From Candidatus Nealsonbacteria bacterium RIFOXYB1_FULL_40_15 (GTDB lineage Bacteria > Patescibacteriota > Minisyncoccia > Minisyncoccales > GWA2-38-27): 64,000 nt of DNA. The position numbers and the translations under genes are program-made. Location: positions 19,629 through 83,628 of the forward strand of contig MHMM01000010.1 in assembly GCA_001821555.1 (NCBI GenBank), in the 5' to 3' direction. The notes below the pieces were generated by a model. That model worked only from the letters and a program-made list of their open reading frames with translations, did not search any database and was not told the DNA's origin. Positions within the stretch are counted from its first letter, which is position 1. Every line of letters begins with the position of its first letter. Below are positions 1-8,430 of this stretch, one piece after another.

Positions 1-447
1 AAGAATCAAGTTATGCTTTTCAGCTATTTTTTTCAGCGCAATCCAATCGGCCGGATTTCCAAAAATATCAACCGCCAATATCGCCTTTGTTTTGGAGGTA
101 ATCTTCTCCTCTATTTTTGAAACATCAATATTAAAACTCTCTCTGTCTATATCGCAAAATACGGGAACAGCCCCTTCATACAAGATACAGTTTGCAGAAG
201 CAACAAAAGAAAAAGGAGTGGTTATCACTTCGTCCCCCTTTCCTATTCCAAGAGATTTTATTATAAGATGGAGGGCTGAAGTTCCTGAATTTACAGCAAC
301 AGCGTATTTTCTTCCGGCGTATTCTGATATCATCCTTTCAAACTCATCTGTTTTCGGCCCCATAGATAAAAACGGGCTCTTGAGGGCTTCTAAAACCTCT
401 TTTATTTCTTCTTCTGTTATATCAGGCCTTGAAAGCGGAATATGCAT
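1..447 (-). CDS. DegT/DnrJ/EryC1/StrS-family PLP-dependent sugar aminotransferase, N-terminal 149 codons (gene runs off the left edge)
   Basis: Absent from the ORF track because it is truncated. My reverse-complement translation from ATG 447 reads MHIPLSRPDITEEEIKEVLEALKSPFLSMGPKTDEFERMISEYAGRKYAVAVNSGTSALHLIIKSLGIGKGDEVITTPFSFVASANCIL, a canonical DegT N-terminus. The + ORF 92..457 is its antisense shadow. Confidence 0.8.
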   Translation of the reverse strand, partial: MHIPLSRPDITEEEIKEVLEALKSPFLSMGPKTDEFERMISEYAGRKYAVAVNSGTSALHLIIKSLGIGKGDEVITTPFSFVASANCILYEGAVPVFCDIDRESFNIDVSKIEEKITSKTKAILAVDIFGNPADWIALKKIAEKHNLIL

Positions 448-1262
448 ATTCCTATAATTACAAAAATAATCTGAACTGAATAAGATACGACAAGAGTTTT
501 TCGGCTTGAAAATCCTTTCTTTAGAAGCTTGTCATAAAGATGCTCTCTGTCGCCTAAAAATATAGACTTTCCAGATAATATTCTTCTTAGATTAGTATAA
601 ATCCCGTCAAAAAGAGGAAGGCCCGCGACAAATATAGAAGCCAAAATGCTGAAATTACACGCTAACACAGCCAAAACAAATCCTATAAAGTAAGCACCTG
701 AATCTCCCATAAATATCTTTGCCGGAGGAAAATTAAAAAAGAGAAATCCTAAAATTGAAAGAAACATTGAAAAAGAAACAGCTGAAATTAAATTGTCCCC
801 CGAAAGATATCCCAAAATAGCAAATCCTAAAAAGGATATGGCAGTCTCTCCTCCGGCCAGCCCGTCCATTCCGTCCTGATAATTTACCGCGTTAATTAAA
901 ACAAAAATACATGTGAAAGTCAAAATATAATAAGGCCCCGGTAAAAGCCATGCCGAAAAAAGGGAGGACAGAATGAGAAGAATAAATTTAGTTTTAGGTT
1001 TTATTTTTATCCTGTCCCTCCATACAAGGTCGTCCAAAAGGCCTATTAAGAATACGGGGGCGCCCAAAAGAGAGACTTTCCAATTATATGCAGAGAATGC
1101 CAGAAATATAGCTATTCCCCCAAGGCAGGAAACAGGCTTCTTGTGTATTTTTAAGGGATCCCCAGTCGCATTATCGTAAAACTTCAGCTTGTTTCCAAGT
1201 TTGCAAAACAAAAAAGAAAAAACAATAGAAGCTAAAAGTGTAATGCTAAATTTTAAAAACAT
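417..1262 (-). CDS. Polyprenyl-phosphate HexNAc-1-phosphate transferase (MraY/WecA/WbpL family initiating enzyme)
   Basis: ORF 417..1319. Multi-TM protein with family motifs LLDDL, NAVNYQDGMDGLAGG and FMGDSGAYFIG. I prefer the internal ATG at 1262 (MFLKFSITLL, 17-nt overlap with the upstream gene) over ATG 1319 (74-nt overlap). Confidence 0.8.
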   Translation of the reverse strand: MFLKFSITLLASIVFSFLFCKLGNKLKFYDNATGDPLKIHKKPVSCLGGIAIFLAFSAYNWKVSLLGAPVFLIGLLDDLVWRDRIKIKPKTKFILLILSSLFSAWLLPGPYYILTFTCIFVLINAVNYQDGMDGLAGGETAISFLGFAILGYLSGDNLISAVSFSMFLSILGFLFFNFPPAKIFMGDSGAYFIGFVLAVLACNFSILASIFVAGLPLFDGIYTNLRRILSGKSIFLGDREHLYDKLLKKGFSSRKTLVVSYSVQIIFVIIGICIFRFQGLI

Positions 1263-1821
1263 ATATGTTTGAAGGCGAATCTTTGTGGGCAAGTCCCTTC
1301 GAATGAAAAATAAATCCATTCTTGATATAAAACCTGTTAGCCCTTTCCAGCTTCTCGCCTACCATAACTTTAAATGCCTTAACTTCTCTTTTTTTCAGTT
1401 CTGACACAAAGGATTGAAGCAGTTCTTTAGACACGCATTTCCCCTGAAATTCGGGAAGGACAGCTATGCTTAAAAGTTCTGCTTCAGGAAGCCCAGAGTT
1501 TTCTTTGCTAGAAGAATATTTTGCGGTTTCGCAGATTTTTCTCGCCTTTTTTAATTTAAAAAGCAGGATTACAGCTAGTTTGAAAATGTGTTTTTTTATA
1601 AAAAACCTGTAAAAATCTTTTAAAATCAGGCATCCTGAAACAAATCCTATGATTTTGCCGTTTTCCTCGGCTACGATTAAGACTGCCTTTTGAGAAATAG
1701 CCGAATAGAAAATTCTAAGGAATTCTGGCCCCAGTTCGGTCAAGAATCCATCTTTTATCTGGTTTAAATGGATTTCTGAAACCCTGAAACAATCTTTTTC
1801 AGAAGCTATTCTAATAAACAT
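1246..1821 (-). CDS. GNAT-family N-acetyltransferase
   Basis: 191 aa. IIGFVSGC, AELLSIAVLPEFQGKCVSKELL and NRFYIKNGF match the GNAT motif A/B layout. Confidence 0.65.
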   Translation of the reverse strand: MFIRIASEKDCFRVSEIHLNQIKDGFLTELGPEFLRIFYSAISQKAVLIVAEENGKIIGFVSGCLILKDFYRFFIKKHIFKLAVILLFKLKKARKICETAKYSSSKENSGLPEAELLSIAVLPEFQGKCVSKELLQSFVSELKKREVKAFKVMVGEKLERANRFYIKNGFIFHSKGLAHKDSPSNIYVFKI

Positions 1822-4115
1822 TTTTCTTTCAGCTTTTTTTTATATTCTTCTTCTATCCTGCCAAAAACAAGCTTTTCGTCAAATTCTCTTTTTATTTTTT
1901 CCCTTCCCGCCTTGCCCATCTTTTTTGCGTCTTCGGGATTTTTTAAAAGATATATTATGGCTTCTGCAATCCTTTCCGCGTTTCCCGGAGGAACGAGTAT
2001 GCCTGTTTCCCCGTCATCAACCGCCTCCCTGCAACCCCTTATATCCGAAACCACAACCGGCCTTTCCATAGCAGAAGCTTCCAAAATAGAAACTCCAAGC
2101 CCCTCCCTATAAGAAGGAAGAACAAATACATCCATTTTGGGATAAAGCTCGTTCAAATCGCGCCTTTCTCCTAAAAAGAGGATGTTCTTTTCAAGTCCAT
2201 AGCTTTTAATAAGAGAAGATATATCAACCCTGTCCTTTTTTTCTGGCTCTTCGGGACCTATTACCATAAGAACAGCTTCGGGAAAAACTTTTAAAACTCT
2301 GCTGAAAGCAGAGAATAAATCAAGATATCCCTTTTCCTTCACCAGTCTGCCTACTATTCCAACCGTTTTAGAATTTGATGAATAGTCTTTGGGGCTAAAA
2401 AAAGATAAATCTATTCCCCCCCCGAAGTATTTTATTTTCCCCACCGGGCAAATCTTCATTTTTTCAGCATAGACCATATCTTCTCTGTTAACGAAAAAAA
2501 TAGTATCAGAGCACTTTGCCGCTATCCATTCTACAAAAACATAGAAGAGCTTTCTCGTTTTTTTGTCTTTTTCCTGGAAATAAAAACCGTGTATCGTATT
2601 GAATATAATAGGAACTCCCGAAAGCTTTGCCGCCAACTGGCCTAGAAAACCGGGCTTTGGGGTATGAGTATGGACAATAGTGAATTTTTCTTTAGAAAAG
2701 TAAAAGAAAAGCCGGAAAAGAGTCCAAAGATCGTAAAAAGGGCTAATTTTCCTTTTGAACCTGACTGTTTTTACTTTTATGCCCTCCCTCTCTATGTCTT
2801 CTAAAAGCTTTCCTTCAGAGCAGACTATATGGACATCATACCCTTCTTTCTTCAAAAATTTAAGCTGATTAAAAAGTATGAATCTTGCCGACTGATCTAT
2901 GTTGGTGACATAGCACACCTTGTTTTTCTCCTTTTTTTTGAGGCCTGCCGGAATCAGGCAGAAAAGAGCGATAAAACTCGGCATTCTTATTCTGGTTATT
3001 ATTCCAAAGTTAGTGATAAACAAAGCAAGCACGCCTATTGAGATTAAACTAAAAATCAAAAGAGGCAAAGCTGTCCTATTTTTTCTAATAGAAGAATATC
3101 CTCCCTTGAGAACAAAGTAAAAAAGAAAATACCAAGGGATTGTTTCCAAAAGAACGAATAGTTGTTTTGAATTTCTTATTTGCCAGGGCAAGGGGCCCAA
3201 AAGCACGTATATAAAGGATTTTGAAATATTGACAAGAAAGTTAAGCGGAGACTTTAAAAAAGATATTGCAGAAGCAAAGTCATTTCCGGAAGAAGCCCCT
3301 TCGGATAAAACCAAAGGAGGCGCCTGCACCATGGATGAAGCAGAAGACCTGTAGGCCTCTTCCCTGTAATGCTTTACTGTCTGAATGTTCATATAATATT
3401 TGATTGTCTTGGATCCATAATATCCGTTTCCAAAAAACTGCGGAAGAAAACCCAAAAAAATTATCATGATAATTCCCAAGACGAGTTTCTTTTGGGATTT
3501 ATAAAGAAGAAGCCAAGAAAAAATAAAAGTAAAAAGAAGCGCATATCCTATATAGAACCTGAAGTGGATTGAAAAACCCAATAAGGCATACAAAAGAATA
3601 AAATTAAGCAAGGAAAACTTTTTAATCAGCTTCACGGCCAAGAGAAGCGAGGCGAGAGCAAGAGGAACCACAATAGTATCCTTAAGAAGCAATGTCCCAA
3701 AAAAAAGATAGCTGGGGTAAATGCTTGTTATCAAGCTGATGAGGACAGCCAATCTTTTTGACCCTCCTGTTTCTAAAACTATGGAATAAGAAAGAACGCA
3801 TGACAAAGTAGAAAGCAATGCTCCAAAAATATGGCCTGTAAGCATATCCGGCCAGAAAAATGCATAGATATATCCTATTAGAACAGGATAATAGTGGGTA
3901 ATTCTTGAACCGCCCAAATCAAGAGAAAAATTACCCTGATGCAATCTCTGTGAAATCTCCCGAGCCTGTTGATCATAAAGAATATAATCTCCATATCCTC
4001 CGCTGAAAGGCTGGAAATTTGCGAAGTAAATGAAAAAGGCCGCCGCCAAATGGATTATAAAGCAGGCGACAAAAACAAATATTACTGCGTTATATTTTTT
4101 ATCAATTTTATCCAT
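1806..4115 (-). CDS. Fusion protein: N-terminal polytopic GT-C/PMT-ArnT-like membrane domain plus C-terminal GT4 (group 1, GT-B) glycosyltransferase
   Basis: 769 aa. Residues 1-390 hold about 10 hydrophobic helices (YPVLIGYIYAFFWPD, LLLKDTIVVPLALASLLL). Residues 400-769 carry GT4 hallmarks (VLPSYREGLGVSILEASAMERPVVVSDIRGCREAV, the EX7E region). Confidence 0.7.
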   Translation of the reverse strand: MDKIDKKYNAVIFVFVACFIIHLAAAFFIYFANFQPFSGGYGDYILYDQQAREISQRLHQGNFSLDLGGSRITHYYPVLIGYIYAFFWPDMLTGHIFGALLSTLSCVLSYSIVLETGGSKRLAVLISLITSIYPSYLFFGTLLLKDTIVVPLALASLLLAVKLIKKFSLLNFILLYALLGFSIHFRFYIGYALLFTFIFSWLLLYKSQKKLVLGIIMIIFLGFLPQFFGNGYYGSKTIKYYMNIQTVKHYREEAYRSSASSMVQAPPLVLSEGASSGNDFASAISFLKSPLNFLVNISKSFIYVLLGPLPWQIRNSKQLFVLLETIPWYFLFYFVLKGGYSSIRKNRTALPLLIFSLISIGVLALFITNFGIITRIRMPSFIALFCLIPAGLKKKEKNKVCYVTNIDQSARFILFNQLKFLKKEGYDVHIVCSEGKLLEDIEREGIKVKTVRFKRKISPFYDLWTLFRLFFYFSKEKFTIVHTHTPKPGFLGQLAAKLSGVPIIFNTIHGFYFQEKDKKTRKLFYVFVEWIAAKCSDTIFFVNREDMVYAEKMKICPVGKIKYFGGGIDLSFFSPKDYSSNSKTVGIVGRLVKEKGYLDLFSAFSRVLKVFPEAVLMVIGPEEPEKKDRVDISSLIKSYGLEKNILFLGERRDLNELYPKMDVFVLPSYREGLGVSILEASAMERPVVVSDIRGCREAVDDGETGILVPPGNAERIAEAIIYLLKNPEDAKKMGKAGREKIKREFDEKLVFGRIEEEYKKKLKEKCLLE

Positions 4116-5053
4116 TCTTCTGAAAATTTATCTAAGGTAAACTTTTTTGCGAATTCAAAACCCTTTTCTGCAATTTTTTTTCTTCTTTCCGGATTTTGCA
4201 GAAGGTATTCCGCTTTATTCTTGAGTTCGGAAAAATCAGGGCAAACAATCTGGCTCCCTCCCTCAAGAAGCTCTTTCATGCCCCCTAAACCCGATCCTAT
4301 TACCGGTGTTTTGGAGAGCATAGCCTCATGGGCTGTTCTGCACCATCCTTCCTTGAATTTAGACATTGAAATAACTATGGAAGAAGCCTTGAGCAGCTTT
4401 AAATAATTTTTGTGATCCAGTTCAAGATTAAGAACAGGAAGATTGACCTGCCTCCTCCCGGATGTAACGAGCTGAACATCAAGGCATTTTAATGCCTTAT
4501 AGCTTTCTACCACTCCTTTGGCTTTCTGGCAATTGCCAAGATAAATTATCGGCCTTGAAGAAATGCTTTTTTTGAATTCTTCCGCCTCTTGGTCTTTTAT
4601 GCCAAATTCGTTCAAATCAAATCCATTGTATATTTTATAAACATTCTTAAAACCCAGGCCTAAAAAATACTTCTGCCAGTAATCAGAAACTGTAACGATG
4701 CAGTCGGCTTTCTCGAGCTTTTTCAGGAAAATCTTCTGGAGGATATAAAAAGCAGGGCGGGAAACGGGGGGAAATCCTGAAAAATCAAGGTGATGGATCA
4801 TAACAAGACTCTTTCTTTTAATAAAAATGCTGGAGTAAAAGTCCCTAATCCAAAGGTCTTTTTCTTTTTTCAGGCGCCAGATATAAAAAAGTGACTCCGG
4901 TATTTTAAGATATCTTATATTCTTGAATATCTTTGATTCAAGCATTATTTCTTCCACGTCAAAAAAAGGCTCTAAGGCTTTTCTGGCCTGTTCATTATAT
5001 ATAACTCCGCCGTATTTCTTTTTGCTTATTTCAATCCAGCCGATTTTTTTCAT
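4082..5053 (-). CDS. Glycosyltransferase, group 1 (GT4-like)
   Basis: ORF 4082..5104. C-terminal MSKFKEGWCRTAHEAMLSKTPVIGSGLGGMKELL is GT-B/GT4-like. ATG 5053 forms an ATGA overlap with the stop of the upstream gene and is the likely start (MKKIGWIEI). Confidence 0.7.
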   Translation of the reverse strand: MKKIGWIEISKKKYGGVIYNEQARKALEPFFDVEEIMLESKIFKNIRYLKIPESLFYIWRLKKEKDLWIRDFYSSIFIKRKSLVMIHHLDFSGFPPVSRPAFYILQKIFLKKLEKADCIVTVSDYWQKYFLGLGFKNVYKIYNGFDLNEFGIKDQEAEEFKKSISSRPIIYLGNCQKAKGVVESYKALKCLDVQLVTSGRRQVNLPVLNLELDHKNYLKLLKASSIVISMSKFKEGWCRTAHEAMLSKTPVIGSGLGGMKELLEGGSQIVCPDFSELKNKAEYLLQNPERRKKIAEKGFEFAKKFTLDKFSEEWIKLIKNITQ

Positions 5054-5925
5054 AAATAATCCTTTGCTAGAGGGGGATAGAAAGCAAACGAAACCAAGAG
5101 CCAAAAAATCCAGAGAGGTTTTTTCTTGATCCTATTCTTTATGTATTTTGAATAAAAGATCATGGATATCCTGCAAAAAAACAATCCCACTCTGCTTTCT
5201 TTTATTCTAATTGTTTTGCCATCGTCCAAATCATCACGCCCGCTTTTGATTCTTTGCCTGAAAAGCGCGCGGGCTATGTTTTGATACTGCCTTTGGTAAT
5301 ACTTTTTCTCTATGCTTATTTTAGACACTTCAGACTGGCACTCCATTAAGGAGTCTTTAAGGCAGAAGCATTTGCCTTCAAAAAAAAGGCGGAAATAAAG
5401 ATCAAGATCCTGGGAATACCTGAAGAATTCCCTGTATTTTATCCCAGAATTCTTAAAGACTATGCTTGAATGCAGATATATCCCTCTGTTCAAAAGAAGT
5501 CTTTTTCTTATTTCAAGATCTTCCGATTCAAACCAAGTTTTTCCTAAAACATTTCCTTTTTTGTCTATTAGGAAGGACTGGGTTCCGCAAATAATATAAT
5601 CTTTGTTTTTTTCTAGAAATTCAATTTGTTTCTGAAGTTTCTCTTTTTTCCAAATATCTCTTGCGTCTATTCTGGCAATATATTTTCCTTTTGCTTTTTC
5701 AATCCCTTTGTTAAGACTTCTCGTAAGCCCCAGATTCTTTTCGTTCCTTATAATTATAATCCTTCTGTCTTTCGGAAAAACAGGAGTTTCAGAAGAGCAG
5801 TCGTCTATAATAATAAGTTCAAAATCAGAAAAGGTTTGCTCTAAAACGCTTCTGATCGTTGCATCCAGATCTTCCTGCAATTCATTATAAACACCCATTA
5901 TTATTGAGACCTTTGGGAAAACCAT
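5050..5925 (-). CDS. Glycosyltransferase family 2
   Basis: VSIIMGVYNE, FELIIIDDCSSE and ARIDARDIW (DxD region). Paralogous to 10860..11693 and 13582..14361. Confidence 0.8.
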   Translation of the reverse strand: MVFPKVSIIMGVYNELQEDLDATIRSVLEQTFSDFELIIIDDCSSETPVFPKDRRIIIIRNEKNLGLTRSLNKGIEKAKGKYIARIDARDIWKKEKLQKQIEFLEKNKDYIICGTQSFLIDKKGNVLGKTWFESEDLEIRKRLLLNRGIYLHSSIVFKNSGIKYREFFRYSQDLDLYFRLFFEGKCFCLKDSLMECQSEVSKISIEKKYYQRQYQNIARALFRQRIKSGRDDLDDGKTIRIKESRVGLFFCRISMIFYSKYIKNRIKKKPLWIFWLLVSFAFYPPLAKDYL

Positions 5926-6815
5926 TCTACTGTTCTTTTTACGCCTTCTTCAAAAGAAACTTCAGGATGCCAACCTAACAGCTCTTTGGCCTGGCTTATA
6001 TCCGCCTTGCTGTGCTCAATATCTCCTTCTCTTTTTTCAAGATATTTTACCTCTCCTCCGACGAGTTCAGCCAAAAAATTAACCGAATTAGAATCTTCGG
6101 ATCCGGCATTTATAACCTCTCCGCCTTTTAATTCAGAAGATTTCATCGCTTTCAGATTGGCCTGGACTATATCTGAAATATAGCAAAATCCCCTAGTCTG
6201 TTCTCCGGATCCGAAAACAGTCAGAGGTTCTCCTTTTGCCTTCTGCTTCAAGAATTTTCCGAGAACAGAGCTGTACTCGGAATCCGGATTGATCCTAGGG
6301 CCATAAACATTGAAATACCTCAAAGAAACTATGCTTGTTCCGTAAAGCTTGAAAAAAAGCCAGGCAAACTTTTCCCCCGCAAGCTTTTGAAGTCCGTAGG
6401 GGCTTATGGGATCAGGAATCATATCTTCTCTCAATGGAAGCCTGCTTTGATTCCCATAGACAGAAGAGGATGAAGCAAAGACCACTCTTTTTACATTATT
6501 ATCCGAAGCTGCCTTGAAAACATTGATTGTCCCCAAGATATTTGTTTTGGAAGTTCCGATAGGATCCAGTATTGAGACAGGAACCCTGGGGATGGCAGCC
6601 AGATGGAAAACATAATCTACATCCCTGAAAACAGGCAATATCTTCTCAAAATCGCATATATCAAGATTGAAGAAGCTTGTCTTCTTGTTTATATTCTCCT
6701 TTTTCCCCGAAGATAAATTGTCTATTATCAAAACTTCCTTGCCCTCTTCAATAAGCTTATCAGCAAGATTACTGCCTATAAACCCAGCTCCTCCTGTAAT
6801 TAAATATTTCTCCAT
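5901..6815 (-). CDS. NAD-dependent NDP-sugar epimerase/dehydratase (extended SDR, 4-epimerase-like)
   Basis: ITGGAGFIGSNL Rossmann motif and SPYGLQKLAGE (YxxxK). ATG 6815 (MEKYLITGGAG) preferred over ATG 6851. Confidence 0.8.
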   Translation of the reverse strand: MEKYLITGGAGFIGSNLADKLIEEGKEVLIIDNLSSGKKENINKKTSFFNLDICDFEKILPVFRDVDYVFHLAAIPRVPVSILDPIGTSKTNILGTINVFKAASDNNVKRVVFASSSSVYGNQSRLPLREDMIPDPISPYGLQKLAGEKFAWLFFKLYGTSIVSLRYFNVYGPRINPDSEYSSVLGKFLKQKAKGEPLTVFGSGEQTRGFCYISDIVQANLKAMKSSELKGGEVINAGSEDSNSVNFLAELVGGEVKYLEKREGDIEHSKADISQAKELLGWHPEVSFEEGVKRTVEWFSQRSQ

Positions 6816-7534
6816 GCTTTTATATACTCCAATATTGTCGGATGATGCCATAAAAAGCTTTCTTTGGTCCAGCTTTCAACCGGCTTCAGCCTGTTGTTAA
6901 TAAAATCATCTACTGCTTTTGACATAAGTTCTGATCCTTTGACATACTGCCTTGCTTCTATGGCTCTGAAATCTTTTTCGGGCAGAATTCTTGACTGGTA
7001 AATCACTTTTCCAGTGTCTATCCCTTTATCTACCATATGAATCGTAACTCCCAGATTATCAAAGTCTTTTTTGGACATAGCCCAGAAACCGCCGTGAACC
7101 CCTCTGTATTTAGGAGTTATTCCGCAATGTATATTCAAAAAAACCCGGGATAACTTTAATATATTTTCTTTTATTATCCCCGTTCCTGAAACAATTACAA
7201 GGTCCGGAGCTATTTTTTCTATAATCTTTCCCGATTCCAAGCTGTTTATATCCTGTATCTCTTTTGAAGGAATTCCGGGCTTTTTTGGATTTCCCAGAAT
7301 CGCTCCAGCTTTTGAAAATCTGCTAAGGTATATCCTGTCCAGCAAAAGAAATAAAAGCTGGCCTATAACCTTTAAAAATCCCAGCTTTTTTGCCCTATTC
7401 TTCAGAATCTTCAGCTTTTTTTTAAATGACTGCCTTTCGTAAATAACAAAGCAGATTTCAAATCTTTCTGAAAGCTTGTTTATCAGGTAATAATTGTTCT
7501 TTTTTCGCGATGATAAAATCAGGATTTTCGCCAT
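6800..7534 (-). CDS. Formyltransferase-domain protein (probable sugar N-formyltransferase)
   Basis: DLVIVSGTGIIKENIL, LNIHCGITPKYRGVHGGFWA and VDKGIDTGKVIYQ match the Formyl_trans_N catalytic core (N-H-D triad context). Confidence 0.65.
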   Translation of the reverse strand: MAKILILSSRKKNNYYLINKLSERFEICFVIYERQSFKKKLKILKNRAKKLGFLKVIGQLLFLLLDRIYLSRFSKAGAILGNPKKPGIPSKEIQDINSLESGKIIEKIAPDLVIVSGTGIIKENILKLSRVFLNIHCGITPKYRGVHGGFWAMSKKDFDNLGVTIHMVDKGIDTGKVIYQSRILPEKDFRAIEARQYVKGSELMSKAVDDFINNRLKPVESWTKESFLWHHPTILEYIKAWRNI

Positions 7535-8430
7535 AATTCTTCCGCTTCTCCCATTGTTAAGCTTGAAAGGCCGTGTTTTTTTGAAAGAATAAATATCTTT
7601 TCAAGGTCACCTAGGAGCTTCGGGTTTCCGGCAAGATTGAAAGGATGCAGCCACAAATGAAACATCGAATTGTCAGAAGCCGCCTTTTTTATTCCCCTCT
7701 TAGCTCTCAAAACCCTTATTCCGGACGGGATAAGCTTTCTTAATCCGTCGTAAGACGTCAAAAACATTGATTCTTTAATTTCTAGCACATTATCATGCAA
7801 AACCAGGCTTTTCAAAGGAAAAACATCGGGCGTCCTGGCAAAAATCTGGTCTATAATGCGTGATAACCTCTTCTTTTTGGAGTAGCCCCTGAATGTTCTT
7901 ATACCAAGTTCTCCAAGCGCTTTTGTATGGTTTACCCTGTTTCTGGGAAAAACCATGGATTTTATCTTAATACCCTCCTCTTCCGCCAATTCAATGCATT
8001 TTTTAATTTGCGATCTTGCGGTTTCCTCGGCGCACTCTTCATCCATTATCACGTGGGAAAAAGTATGAGTGGCTATTTCCTGCTTAGGCCAAGCATTTTT
8101 AACTTTTAAAAGAATATCTTTTCCATACCAAAAAGGGTCCCTTTCTATGTCCGTGCCAGGATCCAAAGAATGCCAGTCTTTTCCGTACCAGGAATAGAAG
8201 GGTCTAAGGACATCCGAGTGGTTTTTATCGCACCTGTCCAAAAATAAATGGCCGACAAAAGCCCAGGTAGCTTTGATTTCGTATTCTTTTAACAAGTCCA
8301 GAAGACTGTCTATGGCATTCCTCGTTTTTTTAAAATGCCTGCTGTATTTTTTGAGCCCGTTTTTGTCAAAAGTTCCCCAAGCAAGCTCCACATCCAAAGA
8401 AAGAACAAAAATCGGCCTTTTTACATCCAT
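7519..8430 (-). CDS. Polysaccharide deacetylase (CE4-like)
   Basis: FVLSLDVELAWG, ATWAFVGHLF and EIATHTFSH. The track start 8442 is GTG; ATG 8430 (MDVKRPIF) is preferred. Confidence 0.65.
   Translation of the reverse strand: MDVKRPIFVLSLDVELAWGTFDKNGLKKYSRHFKKTRNAIDSLLDLLKEYEIKATWAFVGHLFLDRCDKNHSDVLRPFYSWYGKDWHSLDPGTDIERDPFWYGKDILLKVKNAWPKQEIATHTFSHVIMDEECAEETARSQIKKCIELAEEEGIKIKSMVFPRNRVNHTKALGELGIRTFRGYSKKKRLSRIIDQIFARTPDVFPLKSLVLHDNVLEIKESMFLTSYDGLRKLIPSGIRVLRAKRGIKKAASDNSMFHLWLHPFNLAGNPKLLGDLEKIFILSKKHGLSSLTMGEAEELWRKS

Noticed and set aside
92-457. 121-aa + strand ORF at the left edge
   Set aside because: It is the antisense shadow of a clear DegT-family aminotransferase encoded on the minus strand (1..447). 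Its S/I/F-rich low-complexity sequence has no motifs.
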